Below the pieces are notes generated by a model. It was given only the letters and a program-made list of their open reading frames with translations. It did not search any database and had not been told where the DNA came from. Both the position numbers and the translations under genes were made by a program. Positions 18,731 through 29,397 of a stretch of 52,405 nucleotides of DNA are shown piece by piece. Source of the DNA: an uncultured cyanobacterium (GTDB lineage: Bacteria > Cyanobacteriota > Cyanobacteriia > Leptolyngbyales > Leptolyngbyaceae); contig CAVYAN010000047.1 in the NCBI GenBank assembly GCA_963766075.1, forward strand, positions 1-52,405. The letters are read 5' to 3'. Position 1 is the first letter of the stretch, and the number at the start of each line of letters is the position of its first letter.

Positions 18731-21052
18731 CTATGCCGGGGGAGCCGCACTGGCGAGGGCCTCCTGGACACTCAACAACAACCTCTGGGCACTAAAGGGC
18801 TTAGGCAGATATCCTGGGGGAGGATGCGGCCCCGCAGTATATTGAGCCGTTGCCCCAGTCATCGTGAGAATCTGAATTTGAGGATGCAGCCGTTGGAGGG
18901 CTAGCCGGGTTAAGGCTCCATCCATCACGGGCATGATCCAATCCAACAGCACCAAGCGAATCGCCTGTCGATGTTCCGCATAGAGGGCGATCGCATCAAT
19001 CCCATTGGTGGCTGTTAACACGCGGTAATTGTGATCTTCCAGCGTATTCCGCACAATTTCACAAATGGTGGCTTCATCATCGACGACCAGGATAAACTCA
19101 CCCTGGCCTACAGAGGGCGTCAGATTCACATCGGTATCGAATTCGTTCTGCACCAGGGTCGGCAAATATAGCGTAAAGCCACTGCCCTTGCCGACATGAC
19201 TGGTGACTTGGAGCACTCCACCCTGACTCTTCACCATGTCCTGCACTACGGACAGCCCAAGTCCCAAATCGGTGCTGGATGCTGGAGCAAATCGGCGATC
19301 GCACGCCTCCTGCGCTATGCCGTGCCCCGTATACGTGATCGTAATCCGGAGGTAACGCCCCGGCGGAACCGCTGGATACAGAGGGCTAAAGGTGGTGTCA
19401 ATGTGCAGATTATTGGCCGTCAGTCCCAAAATTCCGCCCTGGGGCATGGCCGACCGGGCCTGGGCACAGAGGGTGGTTACCACCTGTTGCAGCACCGTCA
19501 CATTGGCAGAAAGGGTCCAAAGATTTTCAGGAATATCTGTTTGGAGTTGGATGTCCGCCGGGAAGCTATGCCGCACGGTCTCAATCACATCCAATAGCAG
19601 CGGTTTAATCTGGATTAAGGCACAATGCTCACTGCCTTCGCTGGCAAAGGCCAGGATTTGCTTGGCTAAGTTGGCACCGCGTCTGGCATTTTGTTCCAGC
19701 AATTGGATCAACCGCTGGCTGGCTGCGTCTAAGGTGGGCAGTTTGAAGGTTAGCAGTTGAGCCGTTGCCAAAATCGGCGTGAGGACATTGTTCAAGTCAT
19801 GGGCAATATCACTGGCCAGCGTGCCCAGCACCTCTAGGCGCTGAGTATGGAGCACTTGGGACTCCAGTTGTTTCTGGGCGGTGATATCGGTATCAACGGT
19901 GAGGATGGCGCTGGGTTGCCCGTGCGCATCTCGAATCAGGAGCCAGCGACTGGCGACCCGTAGAATTTTGCCATCCTGCCGAATTTGGGGCAATTCTCCC
20001 TGCCATTCCCCATGAGCCAGGGCAATCTTGGTGATTCGCGCCAGGGTGGGAAATACGTCTTGGTAAAGGCGATCGCCCAAGGCTGTCCCCATCATTTGAT
20101 CGTACCGCCATCCGTAGAGCTGTTCTGCACCGGGATTCCAATAGTGCACACGATTCTGTAAATCTTGGACGAGTACGGCATCTGTCGTCATCTTCAACCA
20201 CAGCATGGGATCAGGCAGCACCGGATCGGAGTGCACCGGATCGGAATGCACTGGATCGGAATGTACTGAATCGGAATGTACCGGACCGGAAAGCGTGGCT
20301 TGGGCTAGGGGACGCTCTGCTGACGGGAGAATGCTGTGTGGATCGGTCGCGGGGCTGGGGCGGGTAAAGCTGGCCAATCGCGCCTGCCGATACAGTTCGG
20401 CCTGGTAGAGGGCGGTACTGACTTGGTTGGCCAGATACCATAATCCATCAATTTCCCACTGTTGCCAGGGACGGGCTTCCGTACAGTGGTGGGCAATCAG
20501 CAACCCCCACAGGTGAGTGCCTTGCAGCAACGGCACGACCAACTTGGCCTGCACCCCAAATTGGCGCACAAACTCTGCCAAGCAGGGGATCACATCCATT
20601 TGGTTCATGTCGGCAATGGCGCGGACTTTGCCTTGGGAGTAGGCGCGGCGGGCATCGTTGGGGAATACTTCTGCGGGAAACGATTCTCCCAAGACTGCCG
20701 GATAGGGCGGCAGGACTGATTCAGCGATCGCGCTGCCGGTGCCGTCTGCCCACAGACGATAGATGAGGACGCGATCAACCTGCAAAAATCGCTGCACCTC
20801 TGTCACGGTGTTGCTTAAAATTTCATCCCGATCGAGGGAGTCGCGAATGCGCTGGACAATCTCAGCCATGCGGCGATCGCGCTGGGTTTGAAGTTTTAGC
20901 GCCATCACGGTTTGATGATGCTCCTCAATTTCCTGCTGCAACCGTGCGTTAAGCGTTGACAACTCTGCTGTTCGCTCGGCAACCTGCTGGGCTAATGCAT
21001 CTTGGGCAGCCTGAAACTGCTGTTCTCGTTGGGACTGATCATCAAAGGTCAT
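18731..21052 (-). CDS. Hybrid sensor: green/red cyanobacteriochrome GAF - PAS - HisKA - degenerate HATPase - receiver
   Basis: GAF DRVLIYRLWADGTGSAIAESV...FPAEVFP...CLAEFVRQFGVQAKLVVP; PAS YWNPGAEQLYGW; H-box IAHDLNN; receiver VVDDE/LLDWIMP/KPF. Confidence 0.88.
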   Translation of the reverse strand: MTFDDQSQREQQFQAAQDALAQQVAERTAELSTLNARLQQEIEEHHQTVMALKLQTQRDRRMAEIVQRIRDSLDRDEILSNTVTEVQRFLQVDRVLIYRLWADGTGSAIAESVLPPYPAVLGESFPAEVFPNDARRAYSQGKVRAIADMNQMDVIPCLAEFVRQFGVQAKLVVPLLQGTHLWGLLIAHHCTEARPWQQWEIDGLWYLANQVSTALYQAELYRQARLASFTRPSPATDPHSILPSAERPLAQATLSGPVHSDSVHSDPVHSDPVHSDPVLPDPMLWLKMTTDAVLVQDLQNRVHYWNPGAEQLYGWRYDQMMGTALGDRLYQDVFPTLARITKIALAHGEWQGELPQIRQDGKILRVASRWLLIRDAHGQPSAILTVDTDITAQKQLESQVLHTQRLEVLGTLASDIAHDLNNVLTPILATAQLLTFKLPTLDAASQRLIQLLEQNARRGANLAKQILAFASEGSEHCALIQIKPLLLDVIETVRHSFPADIQLQTDIPENLWTLSANVTVLQQVVTTLCAQARSAMPQGGILGLTANNLHIDTTFSPLYPAVPPGRYLRITITYTGHGIAQEACDRRFAPASSTDLGLGLSVVQDMVKSQGGVLQVTSHVGKGSGFTLYLPTLVQNEFDTDVNLTPSVGQGEFILVVDDEATICEIVRNTLEDHNYRVLTATNGIDAIALYAEHRQAIRLVLLDWIMPVMDGALTRLALQRLHPQIQILTMTGATAQYTAGPHPPPGYLPKPFSAQRLLLSVQEALASAAPPA
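20208..20291 (-). repeat. In-frame 15-bp tandem repeat (DPVHS)n in the GAF-PAS linker
   Basis: About five degenerate copies of CCGGATCGGA(A/G)TG(C/T)A. Confidence 0.9.
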
Positions 21053-21421
21053 TGATTAATCCGGCAGTGAATTATGCATCTATATCCAGTGCGTTACGCT
21101 GCGCTGAAGCTGTGTTGCACCGTGAATGGGCACCGTGAATGGTGGAGTAATCGCCCACATCACGTCTACCATCATCCCGCCATTCAACTTTGGTAACACT
21201 GTAGCTAATGCCTGTCTGCTGCAACACTTCGGCTATTTTCACTGTCCCGCGAGATCCCGAATTAGAAGAAGATTCTACATATAATTTTGTTAAACTTATA
21301 AAAAGTTTACATATTTTTGCGATCGCCTTGCCTCATCCTCAGAACAGAGGCAAGGAACAGAAGCATGGTGGGGCGGATGCACCGGCCTCACCGCCCCACG
21401 CCTCACCGCCCCATAGTGCTT

Positions 21422-22195
21422 CTAGACCGCAACTTCGTTGGCCACGTCATAGGTCACCTCACCCGGCACGTCATCAAACAACACCGTGGTCATGTAATGG
21501 GCGGTCCACTCAGAACCAAAGGCTTTTTCCAAGACTCGCCGGGTTTTGTCGTTTTGCTGCTGCTGGGCACAGTAATGCTGCTGACCGGCCAGGATATCGG
21601 CCCGTTGTTCGGGCGTAGGGGCTGTGGCGATGGCCCGTTGGCAGTGAAGTTCCAGTAAGGTGCCCACATGGTTAATAAAATCCATTTCTTCCTGAGCGTT
21701 CATGGGGCGAACAAATAAACAAAATTCTGAGAAGATATGGCCCCATTCGGGCAACTCGCGCGGTTGGCTAAAGTGCGGCATCGGCAGCGCTTGCAGGGAT
21801 TGGCGGTAGGCTAGTGGCAGTTGGTGATCACCGCTAATCGGCGATAAATCCACAATTGCCGCGCTGATCTGTCCCCGGCCCCCCACCAAGTCAGTGCCAA
21901 ACATGGGCAGCTCATACTCCGGATGCGGGAACATTACACAGTGCAAAATGTCGAGCATATTACCCACCTGTGCCAACTCTAGGTGCAGCTTGCGAAACTG
22001 TGGAGATTGGTAACAGCGATTTTCAATCCGCAGTTTTTCCCCTTCCAGCTTGCCCTCGACGTAGCCCAGGTCGTCGGGTAGGGTATAGGGCGACAGATCC
22101 AGATAATGCATCCAAGTGGCCTCGATGCGATCGGCAAGGTGGCGCACTGTGGAATGTTGCTGCTCTCTCAGGGAAAAACCGGATGTTAAAACCAT
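21422..22195 (-). CDS. pcyA: Phycocyanobilin:ferredoxin oxidoreductase
   Basis: [47 protein letters not shown]. Confidence 0.95.
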   Translation of the reverse strand: MVLTSGFSLREQQHSTVRHLADRIEATWMHYLDLSPYTLPDDLGYVEGKLEGEKLRIENRCYQSPQFRKLHLELAQVGNMLDILHCVMFPHPEYELPMFGTDLVGGRGQISAAIVDLSPISGDHQLPLAYRQSLQALPMPHFSQPRELPEWGHIFSEFCLFVRPMNAQEEMDFINHVGTLLELHCQRAIATAPTPEQRADILAGQQHYCAQQQQNDKTRRVLEKAFGSEWTAHYMTTVLFDDVPGEVTYDVANEVAV

Positions 22196-22252
22196 GATGC
22201 CAGGGGATAGAAGTGTGCGATTGAAACGCTGTGATTTAATGTGCGACGTCCC

Positions 22253-22290
22253 CAGGTTCCCTGCGCCTAACGTTGGGCGCGGGGAACCTG
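22253..22290. other. GC-rich stem-loop between cpcG and pcyA
   Basis: CAGGTTCCCTGCGCCTAAC / GTTGGGCGCGGGGAACCTG near-perfect inverted repeat. Confidence 0.55.
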
Positions 22291-22311
22291 AAAAATGCGG
22301 GTACGGTGAGC

Positions 22312-23067
22312 TTACAGAGTGCGGTAGGGCACTTTCTGCTCAATATTTAAATCCGCTACGCTCACCCGTTTGGGTGCAGTTGCGACAGGATTGACCTTTT
22401 GGGCCATAGACAGAAACAGAGCCGGATCGCCGGGGCGGGGTTGCCGCTCTTGAGGCACGTAGCTTCTGACCACGGTTTGCCAGATGCTTTGGGGGAAGCC
22501 CAATTTAGCCCGATGGTAGTCTTCGTAGCGAGGCGAAAGGATGTTGAACTTCGTTTCCCCGACGGACCGCCCAGACAGGATGCGACGGCGTTGGTAAGGA
22601 ACGATCGCCTCCCCAAAAGCTTCCCGGTATTCATCGCTGTTGACTAAATCCATCACGAAGCCTTTGATGCCCTTGGTCGCAACGACAATGGACCAGGCAA
22701 TCTTTTCGCGATCGCTATACACATTGCGACCTAACACCCGTTGAATGCATTGTTCGACAAAGCGATAGTTGCTATTCAGCTTGTAAAAGCTGTTGGTAAA
22801 GGTCTTGGACAGCAGCAGTCCCTGGATAAACTGACGCACGGTGATTTGCCCACAGCGCAATTGAGACTCAAGCGCAGGCTCGCGATCGGCTGCAAAGGCA
22901 TGGAAAAAGATCTGCCGATAGGCCGCCTCAATCAAATCGCCTATATCTGTGGGGGAAAGTAGGTTGTCCGTCGAGAAAATTCGGACATCATTACTTCCCG
23001 GCGCATCATAGTTTTTCACTCGATGATTTTGGGAAGACGGGGCATAGGCTAACAACGGTAGGCTCAT
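22312..23067 (-). CDS. cpcG: Phycobilisome rod-core linker CpcG
   Basis: [31 protein letters not shown]. The hydrophilic C-terminus (KVPYR) indicates CpcG rather than membrane-anchored CpcL. Confidence 0.92.
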   Translation of the reverse strand: MSLPLLAYAPSSQNHRVKNYDAPGSNDVRIFSTDNLLSPTDIGDLIEAAYRQIFFHAFAADREPALESQLRCGQITVRQFIQGLLLSKTFTNSFYKLNSNYRFVEQCIQRVLGRNVYSDREKIAWSIVVATKGIKGFVMDLVNSDEYREAFGEAIVPYQRRRILSGRSVGETKFNILSPRYEDYHRAKLGFPQSIWQTVVRSYVPQERQPRPGDPALFLSMAQKVNPVATAPKRVSVADLNIEQKVPYRTL

Positions 23068-23220
23068 CTTTAAAAGACCTCAGTTCTATTCAATCGGTTT
23101 GGTCGAAACTTAATTCGGTCGCAACTTACGGGATAAAAATCACAACGTTTAAAACTCAGAATATAGCGTTGATGGAACCCCGACCCAAATATGACAACTA
23201 AATGTGACAAAAGCACCTTA

Positions 23221-23262
23221 TAACCCAAGTTTGGATCACCCTAACCCAAGTTTGGATCACCC
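23221..23262. repeat. Perfect 21-bp tandem duplication
   Basis: TAACCCAAGTTTGGATCACCC x2. Confidence 0.9.
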
Positions 23263-24079
23263 CCGTGTGACCGCAGCATCGCCTCGTCCTGCGAGGAATT
23301 ACGCCTCACTATACCGAATGCGCCTGAGTTTTCTCTATGGGTAAACCTCCGCATCCGAGGCGGTGCCATCGCGGGGCAGCGGAGAAATTTTACCTAGGTA
23401 GTTTTACCCGGACACCTAGCGGGAATATCCCCACAGAATGAGATCGCGGAAGGGCGATCGCCATGAAAACGTGCAAGTCAAAATAAATCATGGAAATAAA
23501 TAGGGGATTCTACCCAGGGCGACGCTAGTTTCTGGGTAGAATCCCGGTCATAAAACCATCCTTGTTTTTCATATCCAAAAATTAGGAATTTGAGGCAATA
23601 AACAAGGGTATATCTACCCTGGGTGCATCCCCGTTTATTGATTTATTTCTAGAATAAAGATGCATGAATCTGGAAATAATTTGTAATGAAAATGACGACA
23701 CTGGCATTGTAAAAATGAATCTATGAGGATTCATTGAACAGTCTGAGTTTGATGAACGTCCCAATTCGTTTGGACTTTCACCACTTTGATTGGATTCGCC
23801 AGCTTTTCTCAGATCTTGAAGGATTGTAAAGTCTTTCCCTCTAAATTGTTGACAGGTCTAATAGGGTTCGTCAATGGAGTGGTATTTCAGCCCATGTTTT
23901 AACGACAAGGGTCTGAAAATTTAATCGCTCAGGAATTGTCAAAAATCTGGCGAGAGTCACAGCCTGATTTTTCCTAAGTCTTGTTAAGTAGGTGGGATCT
24001 GGGTGATAGCGAATTGAGGATCCTCGACGATGGTTTGAAGCAAATTTTCCAATAACACTGTCTTTAGGAGATTGAAGCT

Positions 24080-24598
24080 ATGCTAGACGCTTTTGCGAAG
24101 GTTGTCGCCCAAGCCGACGCGCGTGGGGAATACCTCAGCGATTCTCAAGTCGATGCCCTGAGCGCCATGGTGGCTGATGGCAGCAAGCGGATTGATGTTG
24201 TGAACCGCTTGACGGGGAGCGCTTCCGCCATTGTTACCAATGCGGCTCGGTCCTTGTTCGCTGATCAACCCCAATTGATTGCTCCCGGTGGCAACGCCTA
24301 CACCCACCGCCGCATGGCTGCTTGCCTGCGCGACATGGAAATCATCCTGCGCTACGTGACCTATGCCGTTTTCGCGGGTGATGCCAGTGTCTTGGACGAT
24401 CGCTGCCTCAACGGCCTGCGTGAAACCTACTTGGCTCTGGGTGTTCCCGGTGCTTCCGTAGCTGCTGGTGTGAACAAAATGAAGGAAGCAGCTTTAGCCA
24501 TTGCTGGCGATCGCAACGGTATTACCCAAGGCGACTGCAGCGCCCTGTTGGCAGAATTGGCCAGCTACTTCGATCGCGCGGCTTCTGCTGTCGGCTAA
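24080..24598 (+). CDS. cpcB: Phycocyanin beta subunit
   Basis: [13 protein letters not shown]...[16 protein letters not shown]...ITQGDC. Confidence 0.97.
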   Translation: MLDAFAKVVAQADARGEYLSDSQVDALSAMVADGSKRIDVVNRLTGSASAIVTNAARSLFADQPQLIAPGGNAYTHRRMAACLRDMEIILRYVTYAVFAGDASVLDDRCLNGLRETYLALGVPGASVAAGVNKMKEAALAIAGDRNGITQGDCSALLAELASYFDRAASAVG

Positions 24599-24717
24599 CC
24601 CTGGGTTCCGATATCGGTTGGTTCCTATTTCGGATTATCGGCTCGGGCATTTCCCCTGCGCGATCGTCCACATTCCTTTTCTGTAAACCTTTAACACTAC
24701 AAAGAGAGATTTGATCC

Positions 24718-25206
24718 ATGAAGACTCCTCTGACTGAAGCTGTGGCCTCGGCTGATTCTCAAGGACGGCTACTGAGCAGCACCGAGTTGCAAGTTGCCTT
24801 TGGTCGTTTCCGGCAAGCAGCTTCCGGTCTGGCTGCCGCTAAAGCGCTGTCCAGCAAAGCCGGTAGCTTGGCTGATGGCGCAGCAAATGCCGTTTATCAA
24901 AAGTTTCCCTACACCACCACGATGCAAGGCGCAAACTTTGCAGCGGATGCGCGGGGTAAGGCCAAGTGCGTACGGGACATCGGCTACTACCTGCGCATGA
25001 TCACCTACTGCCTGATCGTGGGTGGCACAGGCCCCATGGATGACTATCTCGTGGGCGGTTTGGCAGAAATCAACCGCACCTTTGATCTGTCTCCCAGTTG
25101 GTATGTTGAAGCGCTGAAGTACATCCGGTCTAACCATGGCTTGAGCGGTGATGCGGCTTCTGAAGCCAATTCCTACATCGACTACGCGATCAATGCCCTG
25201 AGCTAA
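24718..25206 (+). CDS. cpcA: Phycocyanin alpha subunit
   Basis: MKTPLTEAV...[14 protein letters not shown]...YAINALS. Confidence 0.97.
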   Translation: MKTPLTEAVASADSQGRLLSSTELQVAFGRFRQAASGLAAAKALSSKAGSLADGAANAVYQKFPYTTTMQGANFAADARGKAKCVRDIGYYLRMITYCLIVGGTGPMDDYLVGGLAEINRTFDLSPSWYVEALKYIRSNHGLSGDAASEANSYIDYAINALS

Positions 25207-25245
25207 GGTTGGGTAGATGATCGGGTGGATAAGCCCGCACATCCT

Positions 25246-25286
25246 ACAGAGAGCAAGCTACAAAACAGTTGTAGCTTGCTCTCTGT
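25246..25286 (+). terminator. 18-bp perfect hairpin after cpcA (likely 3' end of the cpcBA transcript)
   Basis: ACAGAGAGCAAGCTACAA-aacag-TTGTAGCTTGCTCTCTGT. Confidence 0.7.
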
Positions 25287-25531
25287 GGGGTGGGCAATTT
25301 TGGCATTGCAAGGTAAATGATGCCGACCCGCTTTGGGATACTTAAACCCTATCATCTCAATTTTCGGCATGGCTGAATCTGGGGATGATTCTGAGGAGGC
25401 TCATTCTTGCTGTCGGGGGACTGCGCAGGAGATTCTGCGCTCAGGCGAAACCCCCCGAAAAACTCATCCCTTCGATCAAGCAAGCCCCAATTTTCTATTT
25501 GTTTGTTTTAAAATCTTAGGAGAAAGCCATT

Positions 25532-26350
25532 ATGCCAGCGTTGGGAGAAGCCAGTCGCTTAGGGATTCAAGCGTTTTCAGATACGGCTATGGTGGAATTG
25601 CGTCCAGTCCATAGCGAAGGGGATATGCAGGCCGTGATTCGCAGTGCCTATCGCCAAGTCTTGGGCAATGAACATGTGATGCAAAGTGAGCGATTAATCA
25701 GTGCTGAATCGCTGCTGCGGGACGGCATGCTGACGGTGCGGGAGTTTGTCCGGGCGATCGCCCAGTCGGAACTGTATCGCAAAAAGTTTTTCTACGCCAA
25801 CTCTCAAGTGCGGTGTATTGAATTAAATTTCAAACATCTGTTGGGACGTGCGCCCTACGCGGAGTCCGAAATCACAGAACATGTGAACCTCTACACCTCC
25901 AAGGGCTACGAAGCTGATATCGATTCCTACATTGATTCTTTGGAATATCAACAAAACTTTGGCGATAATATCGTCCCCTACTATCGCGATTTCCAAACCA
26001 CCGTCGTTGGACAGCGCACCATCGGGTTTACCCGCATGTTCCAACTGTATCGGGGCTATGCCAGCAGCGATCGCGCCCAGGGCAAAACCGCCGGACAACT
26101 CACTACTGATCTCGCCAGAAACCTCGCGTCGCCAATTACGCCACCCTCTGCCGGTTCCCTAACCGGGACTTCTACGGGAGCCCGAGGCGGCAAGACCTAT
26201 CGCATTCGGTTCCAGCAAGCAGCGTCCCCCCAGGCGACAGTCGTGCGGCTATCGACGAGTGAAGTGGTTGTGCCCTTTGAGCAGTTGTCTAGTAAATTGC
26301 AACAACTCAATCGGAAGGGCAGCAAAATTCTCGGTGTCGCGCTCTCGTAG
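25532..26350 (+). CDS. cpcC: Phycocyanin-associated rod linker (CpcC2/CpcH-like)
   Basis: [36 protein letters not shown]-terminal CpcD-like domain. Confidence 0.9.
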   Translation: MPALGEASRLGIQAFSDTAMVELRPVHSEGDMQAVIRSAYRQVLGNEHVMQSERLISAESLLRDGMLTVREFVRAIAQSELYRKKFFYANSQVRCIELNFKHLLGRAPYAESEITEHVNLYTSKGYEADIDSYIDSLEYQQNFGDNIVPYYRDFQTTVVGQRTIGFTRMFQLYRGYASSDRAQGKTAGQLTTDLARNLASPITPPSAGSLTGTSTGARGGKTYRIRFQQAASPQATVVRLSTSEVVVPFEQLSSKLQQLNRKGSKILGVALS

Positions 26351-26398
26351 AAGCGCGGGCTCCTCGCATCCCTCATCCATATTTAGGAGACTTGATCA

Positions 26399-27271
26399 AT
26401 GGCTATAACCACCGCAGCTTCCCGGTTGGGAACCTCTGCGTTTAGTGACTTTGAACCCCTGGAACTACGCCCAAATGCCAGTTCATCGGAAATTGCGACG
26501 GTGATTGCTGCGGTGTATCGCCAGGTACTCGGCAACGATTATTTACTGCAATCGGAACGACTCAAGGGGGCAGAATCACTGCTTGCTGATCGCAAGATCA
26601 CTGTGCAGGAATTTGTGCGTCAGGTAGCAAAATCGGGATTGTATAAGTCCAAGTTTTTCCACAGCAGTTTCCAAAGCCGTGTGATCGAGTTGAACTATAA
26701 ACATCTCTTAGGTCGTGCGCCCCACGATGAATCGGAGATTATCTACCACCTCGATTTGTATCAAACGAAAGGCTATGATGCCGACATTGATTCGTACATT
26801 GACTCGCCCGAGTATCAAGCGAACTTTGGCGACAATATTGTGCCGTATTATCGCGGTTTTAGCTTTAATGTGCAGCCCGGTCAAAAGACCGTGGGGTTCA
26901 CCCGCATGTTCCAGCTTTATCGCGGCTATGCGACGAGCGATACGTCTCAACTAGCAGGCACGTCACCCCGACTAGCGGGCGAATTAGGCAGAAACAGTGC
27001 CTCGGCGGTAGTTGGTCCTTCCGGCAGCAATGACGGTTTTGCTTACCGGCCCGCTGCCAAGGGCAATACGCCCTCTAGCGCATTTGGTGGATCTAAGGCG
27101 TTTGGCGATCGCCGCCTCTATCGGGTAGAAACGGCGGGCATTTGCAAGCCGGGCTATCCCAGCGTGCGGCGGAGCAACCAAGCGGTGGTCATTCCCTACG
27201 AAGAACTGTCTGACCACATGCAGCGGGTACAACGTTTGGGTGGCAAAATTTCCAGCATTACCCCGTTGTAG
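26399..27271 (+). CDS. cpcC: Phycocyanin-associated rod linker (CpcC1-like)
   Basis: [11 protein letters not shown]...[12 protein letters not shown]...GGKISSIT. Confidence 0.93.
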   Translation: MAITTAASRLGTSAFSDFEPLELRPNASSSEIATVIAAVYRQVLGNDYLLQSERLKGAESLLADRKITVQEFVRQVAKSGLYKSKFFHSSFQSRVIELNYKHLLGRAPHDESEIIYHLDLYQTKGYDADIDSYIDSPEYQANFGDNIVPYYRGFSFNVQPGQKTVGFTRMFQLYRGYATSDTSQLAGTSPRLAGELGRNSASAVVGPSGSNDGFAYRPAAKGNTPSSAFGGSKAFGDRRLYRVETAGICKPGYPSVRRSNQAVVIPYEELSDHMQRVQRLGGKISSITPL

Positions 27272-27382
27272 GGTCGTAATTCCCGCATTAAATTCGCTCT
27301 ATTTTGGGGTGCAGGAGCATAAGACTTTTTGCTCCTGCGAGCCATTTTCTTGGGAAATACTACATTAATTAGGAGTTTTCCG

Positions 27383-27637
27383 ATGTTTGTTCAAACTGTC
27401 GTGGGCAGAAGTCGCAATTCCGATGCAAGCAACCGTTATTTCCGCTATGAAGTGGCGGGCCTGCAACAAAATCTGGCAACGGAAGGCATCGCTTACGATG
27501 TCCGGCCCAGTGGAAATGTGGTGATTACGGTCCCGTTTAATCGGATGAATGAAGAAATGCAGCGGATTACGCGCATGGGTGGCGTGATTGTAGGTATTCA
27601 AGCAGCGGTTACGCCTGAGGCGATCGCCCCTGAGTAA
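27383..27637 (+). CDS. cpcD: Rod-capping linker CpcD
   Basis: RYFRYEVAGL...TVPFNRMNEEMQRITRMGG; AGGAG RBS. Confidence 0.92.
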   Translation: MFVQTVVGRSRNSDASNRYFRYEVAGLQQNLATEGIAYDVRPSGNVVITVPFNRMNEEMQRITRMGGVIVGIQAAVTPEAIAPE

Positions 27638-27684
27638 AATCCTGAATCAGGTACTTTGGATTTAATCTAAAATAGCTAGAAAAT

Positions 27685-27721
27685 AAAAATTCCCACAGTT
27701 AAACCGATTGTGGGAATTTTT
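27685..27721. terminator. Bidirectional terminator between cpcD and dcd
   Basis: AAAAATTCCCACA...TGTGGGAATTTTT. Confidence 0.75.
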
Positions 27722-27770
27722 CATCGCAAATAACGCAATGGCGCAGAGTGCCCATCAGCTAATGAAGGCT

Positions 27771-28352
27771 TCAGACCCGCGCTAACGTCACCGATTCCTG
27801 CTGATCCTGATATTTGCCCCGCCGAGTTTCATAACTGACCGCACAGGGTGCGCCTTCCAGGAAGAGCAACTGCACAATGCCTTCATTGGCATAGATCCGA
27901 CAATCCGCACTGGATGAATTAGAAAACTCCAGGGTTAAATGTCCACGCCAACCTGCTTCTGCTGGCGTCAAATTCGCAATCAGCCCAATGCGGGCATAGG
28001 TAGACTTGCCAATACAAATCACCGTGACATTATCTGGCACTGCCAAATGTTCCAACGCGACCCCTAATCCATAGGAGTGGGCAGGCAGAATAAAATAGGT
28101 ACCGTTACTGTCCTGATGCAGCGTTGCTGGCTCTAAATTCGCTGCACTAAAATTTTTCGGATCCACAACAGTGCCGGGAATGTGGCGAAAAATCCGAAAT
28201 TCATTGGGCGACAGACGCAAATCATAGCCATAACTGCTCAACCCATAGGAAATTACTGGCAAATCACGGACTCGCCGCACGAGCTGCGGTTCAAACGGAG
28301 CAATCATGCCCGCTTGGGCCATTTCTGTAATCCAGTTATCGTTTTTAATCAT
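27771..28352 (-). CDS. dcd: dCTP deaminase
   Basis: ISYGLSSYGYDLRL, GKSTYARIG, GWRGHLTLE, GKYQDQ. Confidence 0.95.
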   Translation of the reverse strand: MIKNDNWITEMAQAGMIAPFEPQLVRRVRDLPVISYGLSSYGYDLRLSPNEFRIFRHIPGTVVDPKNFSAANLEPATLHQDSNGTYFILPAHSYGLGVALEHLAVPDNVTVICIGKSTYARIGLIANLTPAEAGWRGHLTLEFSNSSSADCRIYANEGIVQLLFLEGAPCAVSYETRRGKYQDQQESVTLARV

Positions 28353-28391
28353 GGTGTTTAATCATGGTGAAGGAGAAGCGCTAACGCTAAG

Positions 28392-28451
28392 AGTGAAGTC
28401 CTGAGAAGTGAAGTCCTGAGAAGTGAAGTCCTGAAAAGCAAAGCCCTGAAA
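28392..28451. repeat. 15-bp intergenic tandem repeat, four copies
   Basis: AGTGAAGTCCTGA(G/A)A x3 plus one degenerate copy. Confidence 0.9.
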
Positions 28452-28464
28452 GTCATGGGTTGGC

Positions 28465-29001
28465 TTAGGGCTGGTGGCTCCGACGCAACTCGGTGATTTG
28501 GTCAGCAATGTCCAGCAGGGATTGCGGCATGCCTGGACCCGTCAGAATAATATCCACATGGCGTGGACGCTTGGCCAAAAACGCCAGCACCTCGGTTTCA
28601 GCAATCAGGCCAAAACTAATAGCAAGGCTCAATTCATCCAGCACCACCAATTCGTAATTGCCGCGCATCACCACGTCTTGAGTCTGATGCCACAGCGTCG
28701 CCAGGGATTGGACTTCTTCAGGATCGAGATGAGGCGTATCGATGCAGCGCGGTAAATTGCACCGCACCCAGTCCAGGTTTTGTCCCAACTGCACCGGATG
28801 CTGAAAGCCTTGATCGATACCACCCTTGAGAAATTGGACGACAAGTACCGGAGTGCCTTGGGCGGCAATTCTCAGTGCCTGTGCCATGACGTTCGTAAAA
28901 AAGCTGCGGTGGGTGCCGGTAAATACCTGGACCAAACCCTCCACGCTCCGAATCGACGGGCGGTGGGCGGGGAGGGCGGGAGCTTCCACTTGGGAGACCA
29001 T
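28465..29001 (-). CDS. CobA/BtuR (adenosyltransferase)-like P-loop family protein
   Basis: GLVQVFT, VVQFLKGG, LVVLDEL, DIILTG, ADQITE. Start taken at MVSQVE. Confidence 0.8.
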   Translation of the reverse strand: MVSQVEAPALPAHRPSIRSVEGLVQVFTGTHRSFFTNVMAQALRIAAQGTPVLVVQFLKGGIDQGFQHPVQLGQNLDWVRCNLPRCIDTPHLDPEEVQSLATLWHQTQDVVMRGNYELVVLDELSLAISFGLIAETEVLAFLAKRPRHVDIILTGPGMPQSLLDIADQITELRRSHQP

Positions 29002-29034
29002 AGAACAATGCCTCGGGAATGTGCAGGGACTGGT

Positions 29035-29093
29035 TGGCAAGATATAGCGTATTTTGAAATTTGACAACCCCTAAAGCCACTATATGTATTCTA
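29035..29093. promoter_or_regulatory. Pair of NrdR-box-like sites upstream of the P-loop gene and dcd
   Basis: Cores CAAGATATAG (29038) and CTATATGTAT (29080), 42 bp apart. Confidence 0.55.
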
Positions 29094-29397
29094 GTCCCTC
29101 TATATTCTAGTCCACACGCCCCCAGCCCGCACGCCCCCAGCCCGCCTCACTATCTTGATCCGTCAATTTTAATCCCTCACCCTTAATCTCTCACCCTTAA
29201 TCTCTCACCGAAGTCTGCCTGGGCTAGAGTCTGACGACAAAACCATACCGCCAGAATTCTTGCCTTGGGCATTCGCCAAGACTGACCCTAATGGCAGCGA
29301 TCGCTCTATAATGGCGCGAGTATCCATGCTACAGGCTGTTGACCAGAACCTTCTTCCCTTCCTGTATCCCTTAGTCCCAGCACCTACAGGTTTCTTT

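Noticed and set aside
22312..23067. cpcL as part of a canonical CcaS-CcaR-cpcL cluster
   Set aside because: The C-terminus lacks a hydrophobic membrane anchor and no ccaR is adjacent.
27637..27771. Absence of cpcE/cpcF after cpcD
   Set aside because: The lyase genes are unlinked in many cyanobacteria, so this is not unusual.
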